Shown here: in pieces, positions 11,153 through 24,220 of the stretch
Layout: every line of letters starts with the position of its first letter
Position numbering within the stretch: the stretch's first letter is position 1
NCBI RefSeq assembly: GCF_003334815.1
Contig: NZ_QOWO01000002.1
Direction: 5' to 3' (one strand)
Length of the DNA stretch: 64,000 bases
From: Escherichia coli
GTDB lineage: Bacteria; Pseudomonadota; Gammaproteobacteria; Enterobacterales; Enterobacteriaceae
Made by a program: the position numbers and the translations under genes
Notes under the pieces: model-generated
Told to the model about the DNA's origin: nothing
Databases searched by the model: none
What the model saw: the letters and a program-made list of their open reading frames with translations, nothing else

Positions 11153-11815
11153 ATGGAACTGTATCTGGATACTTCAGACGTTGTTGCGGTGAAGGCGCTG
11201 TCACGTATTTTTCCGCTGGCGGGTGTGACCACTAACCCAAGCATTATCGCCGCGGGTAAAAAACCGCTGGATGTTGTGCTTCCGCAACTTCATGAAGCGA
11301 TGGGCGGTCAGGGGCGTCTGTTTGCCCAGGTAATGGCTACCACTGCCGAAGGGATGGTTAATGACGCGCTTAAGCTGCGTTCTATTATTGCGGATATCGT
11401 GGTGAAAGTTCCGGTGACCGCCGAGGGGCTGGCAGCTATTAAGATGTTAAAAGCGGAAGGGATTCCGACGCTGGGAACCGCGGTATATGGCGCAGCACAA
11501 GGGCTGCTGTCGGCGCTGGCAGGTGCGGAATATGTTGCGCCTTACGTTAATCGTATTGATGCTCAGGGCGGTAGCGGCATTCAGACTGTGACCGACTTAC
11601 ACCAGTTATTGAAAATGCATGCGCCGCAGGCGAAAGTGCTGGCAGCGAGTTTCAAAACCCCGCGTCAGGCGCTGGACTGCTTACTGGCAGGATGTGAATC
11701 AATTACTCTGCCACTGGATGTGGCACAACAGATGATTAGCTATCCGGCGGTTGATGCCGCTGTGGCGAAGTTTGAGCAGGACTGGCAGGGAGCGTTTGGC
11801 AGAACGTCGATTTAA
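11153..11815 (+). CDS. fsaA: fructose-6-phosphate aldolase 1 (FsaA), 220 aa
   Basis: In-frame ATG at 11153 gives [32 protein letters not shown], the FsaA N-terminus as recalled; the track ORF is a 24-codon upstream extension. Confidence 0.92.
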   Translation: MELYLDTSDVVAVKALSRIFPLAGVTTNPSIIAAGKKPLDVVLPQLHEAMGGQGRLFAQVMATTAEGMVNDALKLRSIIADIVVKVPVTAEGLAAIKMLKAEGIPTLGTAVYGAAQGLLSALAGAEYVAPYVNRIDAQGGSGIQTVTDLHQLLKMHAPQAKVLAASFKTPRQALDCLLAGCESITLPLDVAQQMISYPAVDAAVAKFEQDWQGAFGRTSI

Positions 11816-11890
11816 CCGGACGTTCTGCATCCTCATAAATTGCTGATGACGTGGCGGAGTGCCGCGTCTTATCAGGCCTGGAGGTGGCAA

Positions 11891-12640
11891 TTACTGCCCA
11901 CACACCTCACACCCCGGATTACGCATCAGTTTCATTTCGCGAAACTGACAGGTCATCGCATCGTACATGACGATTTTCCCGCTGGCCGGTTTGCCATAAC
12001 CTGCCAGCATTTTGATCGCTTCCATTGCCTGCAACGAACCAATTACGCCGATCAACGGTGCCATTACGCCTGCTTCCACGCAGGTTAATGCATTTTCACC
12101 AAACAAACGGCTAAGGCAGCGATAGCACGGTTCACCGTCCTGATAAGTAAAGACGGTGATTTGACCTTCCATACGAATTGCCGCGCCGGAAACCAGCGGT
12201 ACCTTCGCGGCAAAACAGCCTGCGTTCAGTTGATTACGTACCGCAACGTTATCCGTACAGTCGAGCACCAGATCGTGTTCAGCAATCAATGCTGCAAGTT
12301 CTGCGTCATCCAGCAGTGCATTGACTGGCGTAATCGCGATATGTGGGTTGATCCGCGTCAGGGCGTCACGGGCGGATTCCACCTTCGGTTGCCCGACCGT
12401 GGCATCACTGTGCAGTGTCTGGCGTTGCAGATTCGAGAGCGAAACCGTGTCGAAGTCGAGCAGCGTCAGGTTACCGACACCGGCGCTTGCCAGATACTGC
12501 GAGGCTGCACAGCCGAGGCCGCCCAGGCCCACTATCAGCACGCGAGAATCTTTCAGCGCCTCCTGGCCGTCAAAATCAAAGCCGCGCAGAATGATTTGCC
12601 GGTTGTAGCGCAGCATCTCCTGATCGCTGAGTTCCGCCAT
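11891..12640 (-). CDS. moeB: molybdopterin-synthase adenylyltransferase MoeB, 249 aa
   Basis: Track ORF; ThiF/MoeB nucleotide-binding motif GLGGLG and C-terminal CxxC pair. Confidence 0.95.
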   Translation of the reverse strand: MAELSDQEMLRYNRQIILRGFDFDGQEALKDSRVLIVGLGGLGCAASQYLASAGVGNLTLLDFDTVSLSNLQRQTLHSDATVGQPKVESARDALTRINPHIAITPVNALLDDAELAALIAEHDLVLDCTDNVAVRNQLNAGCFAAKVPLVSGAAIRMEGQITVFTYQDGEPCYRCLSRLFGENALTCVEAGVMAPLIGVIGSLQAMEAIKMLAGYGKPASGKIVMYDAMTCQFREMKLMRNPGCEVCGQ

Positions 12641-13875
12641 TACAGGCCTCCGAACAACGCGTTAAACGGTTCTACTTCCACCCATTCGCCCACTTCCACA
12701 TTGCCGCGATCGCGTTCCAGCACGATAAAGCAGTTGCCGAGGCTAAAGGAGCTAAATATATGTGAACCCTGATGTCCGGTGGTCGTCACTTCCAGTTCGC
12801 CATCGGCGTTGCGTTGCAGCACGCCGCGCTGGAAATCAAGACGTCCTGGCGTTTTTTTCAGGCGGGACGCTGTGCGTACGCGCTGGCGCGCGGGCAGGCC
12901 GCTGGCGGTGTTACCGCTTAGTTTTGCCAGCAAAGGCTGTACCAGTTGATAGAAGGTCAGCGTCGCTGAAACCGGGTTGCCCGGCAGGCCGCAGAACCAG
13001 CTATTGCTGAGTTTACCGAACGCGAACGGTTTACCTGGTTTAATCGCCAGCTTCCAGAAGGCGATCTCCCCCAGCTCTTCAAGAATCGTTTTGGTGTAAT
13101 CCGCCTCACCCACTGAAACACCGCCGGAACTGATCACCACATCCGCCTGGCTGTCGGCTTCAATAAATGCGGCGCGCAGGGCATGGGGATCGTCGCGGAT
13201 AATCCCTAAGTTAATTACCTCGCATCCCAACTGTTCTAACATCAGGTGTACGGCGAGACGGTTGGTATCGTAGATTTGGCCGTCGCCCAGCGGCTGACCG
13301 GGCAACTGGAGTTCATCACCGGTAGAAAAAAGCGCTACACGCACTTTACGAATCACCGGAACTTCGGCAATCCCCAGTGAAGCAATTACTGGCAGCTCTG
13401 CGGTAGTCAGGCGAGTTCCCGCCGGGAAAACAACCGCACCTGCAGAGATATCTTCACCGCGACGGCGAATATTTTGCCCGCTACGCACTTCAGCAGTAAA
13501 ACGCACGCCATTGTCCATTTGTTCAGTCTGCTCCTGCATCACCACCGCTTCGCAGCCTTCCGGCACCGGCGCACCGGTCATAATACGAATGCAGGTACCC
13601 GCAGGCCATTCACCATGGTATGGCTGACCGGCAAAGGATTTACCGGCAACGGGCAGCGGTTGCCCGGAGGCAATATCGGCTAAACGCACCGCGTAGCCGT
13701 CCATTGCGGAGTTATCAAACCCCGGAACATCAAGCGGCGAAACGACATCGCTCGCCAGAATACGACCAAAACACTGTACCAGTGGCAGCGTTTCCTGGGC
13801 GGTCAGTGGGGTGACGCGAGAAAGCATCTCATTAAGCGCGGTGTCGAGCGACATCAATCCGGTGGTAAATTCCAT
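12640..13875 (-). CDS. moeA: molybdopterin molybdenumtransferase MoeA, 411 aa
   Basis: Track ORF; stop overlaps the moeB start (moeAB operon). Confidence 0.95.
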   Translation of the reverse strand: MEFTTGLMSLDTALNEMLSRVTPLTAQETLPLVQCFGRILASDVVSPLDVPGFDNSAMDGYAVRLADIASGQPLPVAGKSFAGQPYHGEWPAGTCIRIMTGAPVPEGCEAVVMQEQTEQMDNGVRFTAEVRSGQNIRRRGEDISAGAVVFPAGTRLTTAELPVIASLGIAEVPVIRKVRVALFSTGDELQLPGQPLGDGQIYDTNRLAVHLMLEQLGCEVINLGIIRDDPHALRAAFIEADSQADVVISSGGVSVGEADYTKTILEELGEIAFWKLAIKPGKPFAFGKLSNSWFCGLPGNPVSATLTFYQLVQPLLAKLSGNTASGLPARQRVRTASRLKKTPGRLDFQRGVLQRNADGELEVTTTGHQGSHIFSSFSLGNCFIVLERDRGNVEVGEWVEVEPFNALFGGL

Positions 13876-14078
13876 GAAAACACTCCTGCGGAGGCAAAAT
13901 CGAATTTGCCTATTATGTCAGAAAAACGCCACAGACTGTATGCCACCTCGGGCGTAGCGCTGGGTCCTGCCTTTACATGCCATATCCATCTTTCTATATT
14001 CAAAAATTGAATGAGTAATTCATAAAAATTCTGATATTTATAGCAAAAGTGGCGAACCACCCTTAATGGACGAATACT

Positions 14079-15044
14079 ATGGGCAAAGCAGTCATTGCAA
14101 TTCATGGTGGCGCAGGTGCAATTAGCCGCGCGCAGATGAGTCTGCAACAGGAATTACGCTACATCGAGGCGTTGTCTGCCATTGTTGAAACCGGGCAGAA
14201 AATGCTGGAAGCGGGCGAAAGTGCGCTGGATGTGGTGACGGAAGCGGTGCGTCTGCTGGAAGAGTGTCCACTGTTTAACGCCGGAATTGGCGCTGTCTTT
14301 ACGCGTGATGAAACCCATGAACTGGACGCCTGTGTGATGGATGGTAACACCCTGAAAGCCGGTGCGGTGGCGGGCGTTAGTCATCTGCGTAATCCGGTTC
14401 TTGCCGCCCGGCTGGTGATGGAGCAAAGCCCGCATGTGATGATGATTGGCGAAGGGGCAGAAAATTTTGCGTTTGCTCGTGGCATGGAGCGCGTCTCGCC
14501 GGAGATTTTCTCCACGCCTTTGCGTTATGAACAACTACTGGCAGCGCGCAAGGAAGGGGCAACCGTCCTCGACCATAGCGGTGCGCCACTGGATGAAAAA
14601 CAGAAAATGGGCACCGTGGGGGCCGTGGCGTTGGATTTAGACGGCAATTTGGCGGCAGCCACGTCCACAGGCGGAATGACCAATAAATTACCCGGACGAG
14701 TTGGCGATAGTCCCTTAGTGGGTGCCGGATGCTACGCCAATAACGCCAGTGTGGCGGTTTCTTGTACCGGCACGGGCGAAGTCTTCATCCGCGCGCTGGC
14801 GGCATATGACATCGCCGCGTTAATGGATTACGGCGGATTAAGTCTCGCGGAAGCCTGCGAGCGGGTAGTAATGGAAAAACTCCCTGCGCTTGGCGGTAGC
14901 GGTGGCTTAATCGCTATCGACCATGAAGGGAATGTCGCGCTACCGTTTAACACCGAAGGAATGTATCGCGCCTGGGGCTACGCAGGCGATACGCCAACCA
15001 CCGGTATCTACCGTGAAAAAGGGGACACCGTTGCCACACAGTGA
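14079..15044 (+). CDS. iaaA: isoaspartyl dipeptidase / L-asparaginase IaaA (Ntn hydrolase), 321 aa
   Basis: Track ORF; begins [14 protein letters not shown]; length as recalled. Confidence 0.93.
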   Translation: MGKAVIAIHGGAGAISRAQMSLQQELRYIEALSAIVETGQKMLEAGESALDVVTEAVRLLEECPLFNAGIGAVFTRDETHELDACVMDGNTLKAGAVAGVSHLRNPVLAARLVMEQSPHVMMIGEGAENFAFARGMERVSPEIFSTPLRYEQLLAARKEGATVLDHSGAPLDEKQKMGTVGAVALDLDGNLAAATSTGGMTNKLPGRVGDSPLVGAGCYANNASVAVSCTGTGEVFIRALAAYDIAALMDYGGLSLAEACERVVMEKLPALGGSGGLIAIDHEGNVALPFNTEGMYRAWGYAGDTPTTGIYREKGDTVATQ

Positions 15045-16902
15045 TGAACTTGATGCCGGTAATGTGCTGGCGGTTGAAAATCTGAATATTGCCTTTATGC
15101 AGGACCAGCAGAAAATAGCTGCGGTCCGCAATCTCTCTTTTAGTCTGCAACGCGGTGAGACGCTGGCAATTGTTGGCGAATCCGGCTCCGGTAAGTCAGT
15201 GACTGCGTTGGCATTGATGCGCCTGTTGGAACAGGCGGGCGGTTTAGTACAGTGCGATAAAATGCTGTTGCAGCGGCGCAGTCGCGAAGTGATTGAACTT
15301 AGCGAGCAGAACGCTGCACAAATGCGCCATGTTCGCGGTGCGGATATGGCGATGATATTTCAGGAGCCGATGACATCGCTGAACCCGGTATTTACTGTGG
15401 GTGAACAGATTGCCGAATCAATTCGTCTGCATCAGAACGCCAGTCGTGAAGAAGCGATGGTCGAGGCGAAGCGGATGCTGGATCAGGTACGCATTCCTGA
15501 GGCACAAACCATTCTTTCACGTTATCCGCATCAACTCTCTGGCGGGATGCGCCAGCGAGTGATGATTGCGATGGCGCTGTCATGCCGCCCGGCGGTGCTG
15601 ATTGCCGATGAGCCAACCACCGCGCTGGATGTCACTATTCAGGCGCAGATCCTGCAATTAATCAAAGTATTGCAAAAAGAGATGTCGATGGGCGTTATCT
15701 TTATCACTCACGATATGGGCGTGGTGGCAGAGATTGCCGATCGGGTACTGGTGATGTATCAGGGCGAGGCGGTGGAAACGGGTACCGTCGAACAGATTTT
15801 TCATGCACCGCAACATCCTTACACCCGTGCGCTGTTAGCTGCTGTTCCGCAACTTGGTGCGATGAAAGGGTTAGATTATCCCCGACGTTTCCCGTTGATA
15901 TCGCTTGAACATCCAGCGAAACAGGCCCCCCCCATCGAGCAGAAAACGGTGGTGGATGGCGAACCTGTTTTACGAGTGCGTAATCTTGTCACCCGTTTCC
16001 CTTTGCGCAGCGGTTTGTTGAATCGCGTAACGCGGGAAGTGCATGCCGTTGAGAAAGTCAGTTTTGATCTCTGGTCTGGCGAAACGCTATCGCTGGTGGG
16101 CGAGTCTGGCAGCGGTAAATCCACTACCGGGCGGGCGTTGCTGCGCCTGGTCGAATCGCAGGGCGGCGAAATTATCTTTAACGGTCAGCGAATCGATACC
16201 TTGTCACCCGGCAAACTTCAGGCATTACGCCGGGATATTCAGTTTATTTTTCAGGACCCTTACGCTTCGCTGGACCCACGTCAGACCATCGGTGATTCGA
16301 TTATCGAACCGCTGCGTGTACACGGTTTATTGCCAGGTAAAGACGCGGCTGCACGCGTTGCGTGGTTGCTGGAGCGCGTGGGCCTGTTACCTGAACATGC
16401 CTGGCGTTACCCGCATGAGTTTTCCGGCGGTCAGCGCCAGCGCATCTGCATTGCTCGCGCGTTGGCATTGAATCCAAAAGTGATCATTGCCGACGAAGCC
16501 GTTTCGGCGCTGGATGTTTCTATTCGCGGGCAGATTATCAACTTGTTGCTCGATCTCCAGCGTGATTTCGGCATTGCGTATCTGTTTATCTCCCACGATA
16601 TGGCGGTGGTAGAGCGGATTAGTCATCGTGTGGCGGTGATGTATCTCGGGCAAATTGTTGAAATTGGTCCACGGCGCGCGGTCTTCGAAAACCCGCAGCA
16701 TCCTTATACGCGTAAATTACTGGCGGCAGTTCCGGTCGCTGAACCGTCCCGACAACGACCGCAGCGTGTACTGCTGTCGGACGATCTTCCCAGCAATATT
16801 CATCTGCGTGGCGAAGAGGTGGCAGCCGTCTCGTTGCAATGCGTCGGGCCGGGGCATTACGTCGCACAACCACAATCAGAATACGCATTCATGCGTAGAT
16901 AA
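15031..16902 (+). CDS. gsiA: glutathione ABC importer ATPase GsiA (two fused ABC domains), 623 aa, TTG start
   Basis: Track ORF begins at 14923 inside iaaA; the TTG at 15031 gives the [12 protein letters not shown]-terminus and 623-aa length I recall; two Walker A (GESGSGKS) and two LSGG motifs. Confidence 0.88.
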   Translation: MPHSDELDAGNVLAVENLNIAFMQDQQKIAAVRNLSFSLQRGETLAIVGESGSGKSVTALALMRLLEQAGGLVQCDKMLLQRRSREVIELSEQNAAQMRHVRGADMAMIFQEPMTSLNPVFTVGEQIAESIRLHQNASREEAMVEAKRMLDQVRIPEAQTILSRYPHQLSGGMRQRVMIAMALSCRPAVLIADEPTTALDVTIQAQILQLIKVLQKEMSMGVIFITHDMGVVAEIADRVLVMYQGEAVETGTVEQIFHAPQHPYTRALLAAVPQLGAMKGLDYPRRFPLISLEHPAKQAPPIEQKTVVDGEPVLRVRNLVTRFPLRSGLLNRVTREVHAVEKVSFDLWSGETLSLVGESGSGKSTTGRALLRLVESQGGEIIFNGQRIDTLSPGKLQALRRDIQFIFQDPYASLDPRQTIGDSIIEPLRVHGLLPGKDAAARVAWLLERVGLLPEHAWRYPHEFSGGQRQRICIARALALNPKVIIADEAVSALDVSIRGQIINLLLDLQRDFGIAYLFISHDMAVVERISHRVAVMYLGQIVEIGPRRAVFENPQHPYTRKLLAAVPVAEPSRQRPQRVLLSDDLPSNIHLRGEEVAAVSLQCVGPGHYVAQPQSEYAFMRR

Positions 16903-16921
16903 CATTCAGGCGGAGAATAAA

Positions 16922-18460
16922 ATGGCAAGAGCTGTACACCGTAGTGGGTTAGTGGCGCTGGGCATTGCGACAGCGTTGATGGCATCTTGTGCATTCGCTG
17001 CCAAAGATGTGGTGGTGGCGGTAGGATCGAATTTCACCACGCTCGATCCGTATGACGCAAATGACACGTTATCTCAGGCCGTAGCGAAATCGTTTTACCA
17101 GGGGCTGTTCGGTCTGGATAAAGAGATGAAACTGAAAAACGTGCTGGCGGAGAGTTATACCGTTTCCGATGACGGCATTACTTACACCGTGAAATTGCGG
17201 GAAGGCATTAAATTCCAGGATGGCACCGATTTCAACGCCGCGGCGGTGAAAGCGAATCTGGACCGGGCCAGCGATCCGGCGAATCATCTTAAACGCTATA
17301 ACCTGTATAAGAATATTGCTAAAACGGAAGCGATCGATCCGACAACGGTAAAGATTACCCTCAAACAGCCGTTCTCAGCGTTTATTAATATTCTTGCCCA
17401 TCCGGCGACCGCGATGATTTCACCGGCAGCGCTGGAAAAATATGGCAAGGAGATTGGTTTTTATCCGGTGGGAACCGGACCGTATGAACTGGATACCTGG
17501 AATCAGACCGATTTTGTGAAGGTGAAAAAATTCGCGGGTTACTGGCAGCCAGGATTGCCCAAACTGGACAGCATAACCTGGCGTCCGGTGGCGGATAACA
17601 ACACCCGCGCGGCAATGCTGCAAACCGGTGAAGCGCAGTTTGCTTTCCCCATTCCTTACGAGCAGGCCACACTGCTGGAGAAAAACAAAAATATCGAGTT
17701 GATGGCCAGTCCGTCAATTATGCAGCGTTATATCAGTATGAACGTGACGCAAAAGCCGTTCGATAACCCGAAGGTCCGTGAGGCGCTGAATTACGCCATT
17801 AACCGTCCGGCGCTGGTGAAAGTTGCCTTTGCGGGCTATGCAACGCCAGCTACTGGTGTGGTACCGCCAAGTATCGCCTACGCGCAAAGTTATAAACCGT
17901 GGCCTTACGATCCAGTGAAAGCGCGCGAATTACTGAAAGAGGCGGGATATCCCAACGGTTTCAGTACCACGCTGTGGTCGTCACATAACCACAGCACCGC
18001 GCAGAAAGTGCTGCAATTTACCCAGCAGCAGTTAGCGCAGGTCGGGATTAAAGCCCAGGTGACTGCGATGGATGCCGGACAGCGGGCGGCAGAAGTTGAA
18101 GGTAAAGGGCAAAAAGAGAGCGGCGTGCGGATGTTCTACACTGGCTGGTCGGCTTCAACCGGCGAAGCGGACTGGGCACTATCGCCGCTGTTTGCCTCGC
18201 AGAACTGGCCACCGACGCTGTTTAATACCGCGTTTTACAGCAATAAACAGGTGGATGACTTCCTGGCTCAGGCACTGAAAACTAATGATCCGGCGGAAAA
18301 GACCCGCTTATATAAGGCGGCGCAGGATATCATCTGGCAAGAATCGCCGTGGATCCCGCTGGTGGTAGAAAAACTGGTGTCGGCACACAGTAAAAACCTG
18401 ACCGGTTTTTGGATCATGCCAGACACCGGCTTCAGCTTTGAAGACTCGGATTTGCAATAA
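16922..18460 (+). CDS. gsiB: glutathione-binding periplasmic protein GsiB, 512 aa
   Basis: ATG at 16922 preceded by SD ggag; signal peptide [26 protein letters not shown]; the track ORF is an upstream extension overlapping gsiA. Confidence 0.93.
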   Translation: MARAVHRSGLVALGIATALMASCAFAAKDVVVAVGSNFTTLDPYDANDTLSQAVAKSFYQGLFGLDKEMKLKNVLAESYTVSDDGITYTVKLREGIKFQDGTDFNAAAVKANLDRASDPANHLKRYNLYKNIAKTEAIDPTTVKITLKQPFSAFINILAHPATAMISPAALEKYGKEIGFYPVGTGPYELDTWNQTDFVKVKKFAGYWQPGLPKLDSITWRPVADNNTRAAMLQTGEAQFAFPIPYEQATLLEKNKNIELMASPSIMQRYISMNVTQKPFDNPKVREALNYAINRPALVKVAFAGYATPATGVVPPSIAYAQSYKPWPYDPVKARELLKEAGYPNGFSTTLWSSHNHSTAQKVLQFTQQQLAQVGIKAQVTAMDAGQRAAEVEGKGQKESGVRMFYTGWSASTGEADWALSPLFASQNWPPTLFNTAFYSNKQVDDFLAQALKTNDPAEKTRLYKAAQDIIWQESPWIPLVVEKLVSAHSKNLTGFWIMPDTGFSFEDSDLQ

Positions 18461-18477
18461 GCAACGCAGGGAGTGGA

Positions 18478-19398
18478 ATGCTTAATTACGTTATCAAACG
18501 CTTACTGGGGTTGATTCCGACGCTGTTTATCGTCTCGGTGCTGGTGTTTTTATTTGTCCATATGCTGCCCGGCGATCCGGCGCGATTGATTGCCGGGCCC
18601 GAAGCTGATGCGCAGGTTATAGAACTGGTGCGTCAGCAGCTGGGGTTGGATCAGCCGCTGTATCACCAGTTCTGGCACTATATCAGCAATGCTGTGCAGG
18701 GGGATTTTGGCCTGTCGATGGTGTCGCGTCGTCCGGTTGCCGATGAGATTGCCAGCCGCTTTATGCCAACGCTGTGGCTGACCATAACCAGTATGGTCTG
18801 GGCGGTTATATTTGGTATGGCGGCGGGAATTATCGCCGCCGTCTGGCGTAACCGTTGGCCGGATCGATTGAGTATGACCATTGCGGTGTCGGGGATCTCG
18901 TTTCCGGCATTTGCTCTGGGGATGCTTTTAATTCAGGTATTCTCCGTTGAACTGGGCTGGCTGCCTACCGTGGGAGCAGACAGTTGGCAGCACTACATTT
19001 TACCCTCCCTGACGCTCGGCGCGGCAGTGGCCGCCGTGATGGCGCGCTTTACCCGCGCGTCGTTTGTCGATGTTTTAAGCGAAGATTATATGCGTACCGC
19101 GAGGGCGAAAGGGGTGAGCGAAACCTGGGTTGTCCTCAAACACGGGCTACGTAACGCGATGATCCCGGTAGTGACCATGATGGGCTTACAGTTTGGCTTT
19201 TTGCTCGGTGGTTCCATCGTTGTGGAGAAAGTTTTCAACTGGCCGGGACTTGGACGCTTACTCGTTGACTCCGTAGAAATGCGTGATTACCCGGTGATTC
19301 AGGCGGAAATTCTGCTTTTCTCGCTGGAATTTATTCTTATCAACTTAGTGGTGGATGTGCTTTACGCCGCCATTAACCCGGCTATCAGGTACAAGTAA
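18478..19398 (+). CDS. gsiC: glutathione ABC importer permease GsiC, 306 aa
   Basis: Track ORF; polytopic membrane protein of the DppB/OppB type. Confidence 0.93.
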
Positions 19399-19400
19399 GG

Positions 19401-20312
19401 ATGCGACTATTTAACTGGCGACGTCAGGCGGTGTTAAACGCCATGCCACTGGTCAAACCTGACCAGGTACGTACACCGTGGCATGAATTCTGGCGACGAT
19501 TTCGCCGTCAGCATATGGCGATGACCGCCGCATTATTCGTTATTTTATTGATTGTGGTGGCCATTTTTGCACGCTGGATCGCTCCCTATGACGCCGAAAA
19601 TTATTTTGATTATGACAATCTGAATAACGGACCTTCTTTGCAGCACTGGTTTGGCGTCGATTCACTGGGGCGTGACATTTTCAGCCGTGTCCTGGTTGGT
19701 GCGCAAATCTCGCTGGCGGCGGGCGTGTTTGCCGTGTTTATCGGTGCGGCGATCGGGACGTTGCTGGGCTTGCTCGCTGGATATTATGAAGGCTGGTGGG
19801 ATCGGCTGATCATGCGCATTTGCGATGTGCTGTTTGCCTTCCCGGGTATTTTACTGGCGATCGCTGTTGTTGCGGTGTTGGGAAGCGGCATTGCTAACGT
19901 GATTATTGCAGTCGCCATTTTTTCCATCCCCGCGTTTGCCCGCCTGGTGCGCGGCAACACGCTGGTGTTGAAACAGCAAACCTTTATTGAGTCAGCACGC
20001 AGTATTGGTGCCAGCGATATGACCGTTTTGTTGCGTCATATCCTGCCTGGGACCGTCTCTTCTATCGTGGTGTTTTTCACCATGCGCATTGGTACCTCGA
20101 TTATCTCTGCCGCCAGCCTCTCATTTCTCGGCCTCGGTGCGCAGCCGCCGACACCAGAGTGGGGAGCAATGCTCAATGAGGCTCGAGCGGATATGGTTAT
20201 CGCGCCGCATGTCGCTGTTTTTCCGGCCCTGGCTATTTTTCTGACCGTACTGGCGTTCAATTTGTTGGGCGATGGTTTACGCGATGCGCTGGATCCGAAA
20301 ATTAAAGGATAG
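19401..20312 (+). CDS. gsiD: glutathione ABC importer permease GsiD, 303 aa
   Basis: Track ORF; DppC/OppC-type permease; 2 bp after the gsiC stop. Confidence 0.93.
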
Positions 20313-20489
20313 TTACGTTTGAATATTGCTTGAAAGGGTAATCACCTCACAGGAAATTATTGCCCTAAGCAAGTGTTGTAACTTTCTGCTGATTTTGTAG
20401 AATCGGGTAATTTGGTTAAAAAGCCGCAGCAAGGGACAATTTTTGCAGCGGCACAGCGTTCAGATAGTTATTTTGTTAAATGTATTAAC

Positions 20490-22838
20490 ATGCTGAGTTT
20501 ATACGAAAAGATAAAGATAAGGCTGATAATTTTATTTTTATTGGCAGCACTGTCATTTATTGGTCTTTTTTTCATCATTAACTATCAACTGGTATCGGAG
20601 CGCGCGGTAAAACGTGCCGATAGCCGCTTTGAACTTATTCAGAAAAACGTTGGCTATTTCTTTAAAGATATTGAACGTTCGGCCCTGACATTAAAGGACT
20701 CACTGTATTTATTAAAAAATACAGAGGAGATTCAACGCGCCGTGATTCTTAAAATGGAAATGATGCCATTTTTAGACTCGGTGGGACTGGTACTTGATGA
20801 TAATAAATATTATCTTTTTTCGCGGAGGGCGAATGATAAAATCGTTGTTTATCATCAGGAACAAGTAAATGGACCGCTTGTCGACGAGTCAGGGCGGGTT
20901 ATTTTTGCCGATTTTAACCCATCGAAACGACCGTGGTCGGTGGCTTCAGATGACTCTAACAACAGCTGGAATCCGGCATACAATTGCTTTGATCGTCCGG
21001 GTAAAAAATGTATCTCTTTTACGCTACACATCAACGGCAAAGATCACGATTTGTTAGCGGTGGATAAAATTCATGTCGATTTAAACTGGCGATATCTGAA
21101 CGAGTATCTTGATCAAATCAGCGCTAATGATGAAGTTCTATTTTTGAAACAAGGCCATGAGATCATTGCCAAGAATCAACTCGCTCGTGAAAAACTGATT
21201 ATTTATAATAGCGAAGGTAATTATAATATTATTGATTCTGTCGATACTGAATATATCGAAAAAACATCAGCGGTGCCAAACAACGCATTATTCGAAATCT
21301 ATTTTTATTATCCTGGCGGTAATTTATTGAACGCATCAGATAAACTTTTTTATCTGCCGTTTGCGTTCATTATTATCGTATTGCTGGTGGTTTATTTAAT
21401 GACCACTCGTGTGTTCCGTCGGCAATTTTCTGAAATGACAGAGCTGGTTAATACGCTGGCGTTTTTGCCTGACTCAACGGATCAAATCGAGGCTCTGAAA
21501 ATTCGTGAAGGCGATGCGAAAGAGATTATCAGCATCAAAAATTCGATCGCGGAAATGAAAGATGCCGAAATTGAACGGTCAAATAAATTGCTCTCACTGA
21601 TCTCTTACGATCAGGAAAGTGGTTTTATTAAAAATATGGCGATTATTGAGTCTAACAATAATCAGTATCTGGCTGTGGGGATCATCAAACTGTGTGGTCT
21701 GGAAGCCGTGGAAGCGGTGTTTGGTGTTGATGAGCGCAATAAAATCGTCAGGAAATTGTGTCAGCGAATTGCCGAGAAATATGCGCAATGCTGCGATATC
21801 GTGACATTCAATGCCGATCTCTATTTACTTCTGTGTCGGGAAAATGTACAGACATTTACCCGTAAAATAGCGATGGTAAACGATTTTGACAGCAGCTTTG
21901 GCTACCGCAATCTGCGCATCCATAAGTCTGCCATTTGTGAACCTTTGCAGGGGGAAAACGCCTGGAGTTACGCAGAAAAACTGAAACTGGCGATTTCCAG
22001 TATCCGTGACCATATGTTCTCAGAGTTTATTTTCTGTGATGACGCGAAACTCAACGAAATAGAAGAGAATATCTGGATTGCGCGTAATATTCGCCATGCA
22101 ATGGAAATTGGCGAACTATTCCTCGTCTATCAACCGATCGTTGATATTAACACCCGCGCCATTCTGGGCGCGGAGGCGTTGTGCCGTTGGGTGTCTGCGG
22201 AGCGGGGGATCATTTCACCGCTGAAGTTCATTACCATTGCTGAAGATATCGGGTTTATCAATGAGCTGGGTTATCAGATTATTAAAACGGCAATGGGTGA
22301 ATTCAGACATTTTAGTCAGCGTGCGTCGCTGAAGGATGATTTCTTACTGCATATTAATGTTTCGCCCTGGCAGTTAAACGAACCACACTTTCATGAGCGT
22401 TTTACCACCATCATGAAAGAAAATGGCCTGAAGGCGAACAGCCTCTGTGTTGAGATCACTGAAACCGTGATCGAGCGAATTAATGAACATTTTTATCTCA
22501 ATATTGAACAACTGCGTAAACAAGGGGTACGGATATCGATTGATGACTTTGGCACCGGTTTGTCAAACCTGAAACGTTTTTATGAAATTAATCCAGACAG
22601 CATAAAGGTGGACTCGCAATTCACCGGCGATATTTTCGGTACTGCGGGAAAAATTGTGCGCATTATTTTCGACCTGGCACGCTATAACCGGATCCCGGTG
22701 ATTGCGGAAGGCGTAGAGAGCGAAGACGTTGCGCGCGAATTAATCAAATTAGGATGTGTTCAGGCTCAGGGGTATCTGTACCAGAAACCCATGCCATTCT
22801 CCGCCTGGGATAAAAGTGGAAAATTAGTAAAAGAGTAG
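20490..22838 (+). CDS. pdeI: c-di-GMP phosphodiesterase PdeI (YliE), membrane-anchored EAL-domain protein, 782 aa
   Basis: ATG at 20490 ([12 protein letters not shown]...) gives the recalled length; EAL motif in GAEALCRW and DDFGTG motif present; track ORF starts 26 codons upstream. Confidence 0.9.
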   Translation: MLSLYEKIKIRLIILFLLAALSFIGLFFIINYQLVSERAVKRADSRFELIQKNVGYFFKDIERSALTLKDSLYLLKNTEEIQRAVILKMEMMPFLDSVGLVLDDNKYYLFSRRANDKIVVYHQEQVNGPLVDESGRVIFADFNPSKRPWSVASDDSNNSWNPAYNCFDRPGKKCISFTLHINGKDHDLLAVDKIHVDLNWRYLNEYLDQISANDEVLFLKQGHEIIAKNQLAREKLIIYNSEGNYNIIDSVDTEYIEKTSAVPNNALFEIYFYYPGGNLLNASDKLFYLPFAFIIIVLLVVYLMTTRVFRRQFSEMTELVNTLAFLPDSTDQIEALKIREGDAKEIISIKNSIAEMKDAEIERSNKLLSLISYDQESGFIKNMAIIESNNNQYLAVGIIKLCGLEAVEAVFGVDERNKIVRKLCQRIAEKYAQCCDIVTFNADLYLLLCRENVQTFTRKIAMVNDFDSSFGYRNLRIHKSAICEPLQGENAWSYAEKLKLAISSIRDHMFSEFIFCDDAKLNEIEENIWIARNIRHAMEIGELFLVYQPIVDINTRAILGAEALCRWVSAERGIISPLKFITIAEDIGFINELGYQIIKTAMGEFRHFSQRASLKDDFLLHINVSPWQLNEPHFHERFTTIMKENGLKANSLCVEITETVIERINEHFYLNIEQLRKQGVRISIDDFGTGLSNLKRFYEINPDSIKVDSQFTGDIFGTAGKIVRIIFDLARYNRIPVIAEGVESEDVARELIKLGCVQAQGYLYQKPMPFSAWDKSGKLVKE

Positions 22839-22845
22839 TTTACGT

Positions 22846-24174
22846 ATGTCCAGAATCAATAAGTTCGTACTTACAGTCAGTCTGCTGATTTTTATCATGA
22901 TTTCAGCAGTTGCCTGCGGGATCTACACTCAAATGGTAAAGGAACGGGTGTATAGCCTGAAACAGTCCGTTATTGATACTGCTTTTGCGGTGGCAAATAT
23001 TGCTGAATATCGGCGTAGCGTGGCAATTGATCTTATCAACACGCTAAATCCCACGGAGGAACAGCTGTTGGTTGGTTTGCGCACAGCTTACGCCGACTCG
23101 GTTTCCCCCTCTTATTTGTACGATGTCGGTCCTTATCTGATTTCCAGTGACGAATGTATTCAGGTAAAGGAGTTCGAGAAAAATTATTGTGCAGATATTA
23201 TGCAGGTTGTGAAGTATCGACATGTCAAAAATACAGGGTTTATCTCTTTTGACGGTAAAACCTTCGTCTATTACCTCTATCCGGTAACTCACAATCGTAG
23301 TCTGATATTTTTGCTTGGTCTGGAGCGTTTTTCTTTACTGTCAAAATCGCTGGCGATGGACAGCGAGAACCTGATGTTCTCTCTATTTAAGAACGGTAAA
23401 CCGGTGACCGGTGATGAATATAATGCTAAAAACGCCATCTTCACCGTTTCGGAAGCGATGGAGCACTTCGCCTATTTGCCGACCGGATTGTATGTATTTG
23501 CGTATAAAAAAGATGTTTATTTGCGGGTTTGTACATTGATTATTTTCTTTGCCGCATTGGTGGCAGTGATATCGGGTGCCAGTTGCCTCTATCTGGTACG
23601 CAGAGTGATTAATCGTGGTATTGTGGAGAAAGAAGCCATCATTAATAACCATTTTGAACGCGTACTGGATGGCGGGCTTTTCTTTTCGGCTGCCGATGTC
23701 AAAAAACTCTACAGTATGTATAACTCGGCGTTCCTGGACGACCTGACCAAAGCAATGGGCAGAAAATCCTTTGACGAAGATTTAAAAGCGCTGCCGGAAA
23801 AAGGCGGTTATTTGTGCCTGTTTGACGTCGATAAATTCAAAAACATTAACGACACCTTCGGTCATTTGCTGGGCGATGAAGTGTTGATGAAAGTGGTGAA
23901 AATCCTTAAATCACAGATCCCGGTAGATAAAGGTAAAGTCTACCGCTTCGGCGGTGACGAATTTGCGGTGATTTATACGGGTGGAACGCTGGAAGAGTTG
24001 CTATCGATTCTAAAAGAAATCGTTCATTTCCAGGTGGGAAGCATTAATTTAAGTACCAGTATCGGTGTAGCACATTCAAATGAATGTCCTACCGTCGAAC
24101 GCTTGAAAATGCTGGCGGATGAGCGGCTGTATAAGAGTAAGAAAAACGGCAGGGCACAGATTAGCTGGCAGTAA
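22846..24174 (+). CDS. dgcI: diguanylate cyclase DgcI (YliF), GGDEF-domain membrane protein, 442 aa
   Basis: Track ORF; intact GGDEF motif in RFGGDEFAV. Confidence 0.92.
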   Translation: MSRINKFVLTVSLLIFIMISAVACGIYTQMVKERVYSLKQSVIDTAFAVANIAEYRRSVAIDLINTLNPTEEQLLVGLRTAYADSVSPSYLYDVGPYLISSDECIQVKEFEKNYCADIMQVVKYRHVKNTGFISFDGKTFVYYLYPVTHNRSLIFLLGLERFSLLSKSLAMDSENLMFSLFKNGKPVTGDEYNAKNAIFTVSEAMEHFAYLPTGLYVFAYKKDVYLRVCTLIIFFAALVAVISGASCLYLVRRVINRGIVEKEAIINNHFERVLDGGLFFSAADVKKLYSMYNSAFLDDLTKAMGRKSFDEDLKALPEKGGYLCLFDVDKFKNINDTFGHLLGDEVLMKVVKILKSQIPVDKGKVYRFGGDEFAVIYTGGTLEELLSILKEIVHFQVGSINLSTSIGVAHSNECPTVERLKMLADERLYKSKKNGRAQISWQ

Positions 24175-24183
24175 TCATTATTC

Positions 24184-24213
24184 GCAGGCCGGACAAATGA
24201 TTTTGCCCGGCCT
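24184..24213. terminator. hairpin between convergent dgcI and rimO (probable bidirectional terminator)
   Basis: 8-bp GC stem caggccgg / ccggcctg with a 13-nt loop. Confidence 0.5.
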
Positions 24214-24220
24214 GAATTAA

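Noticed and set aside
16655-18460. 601-aa extended ORF that would start gsiB inside gsiA
   Set aside because: The upstream 89 codons overlap the gsiA 3' end in another frame; the ATG at 16922 has an SD and gives a typical signal peptide and the expected 512-aa GsiB.
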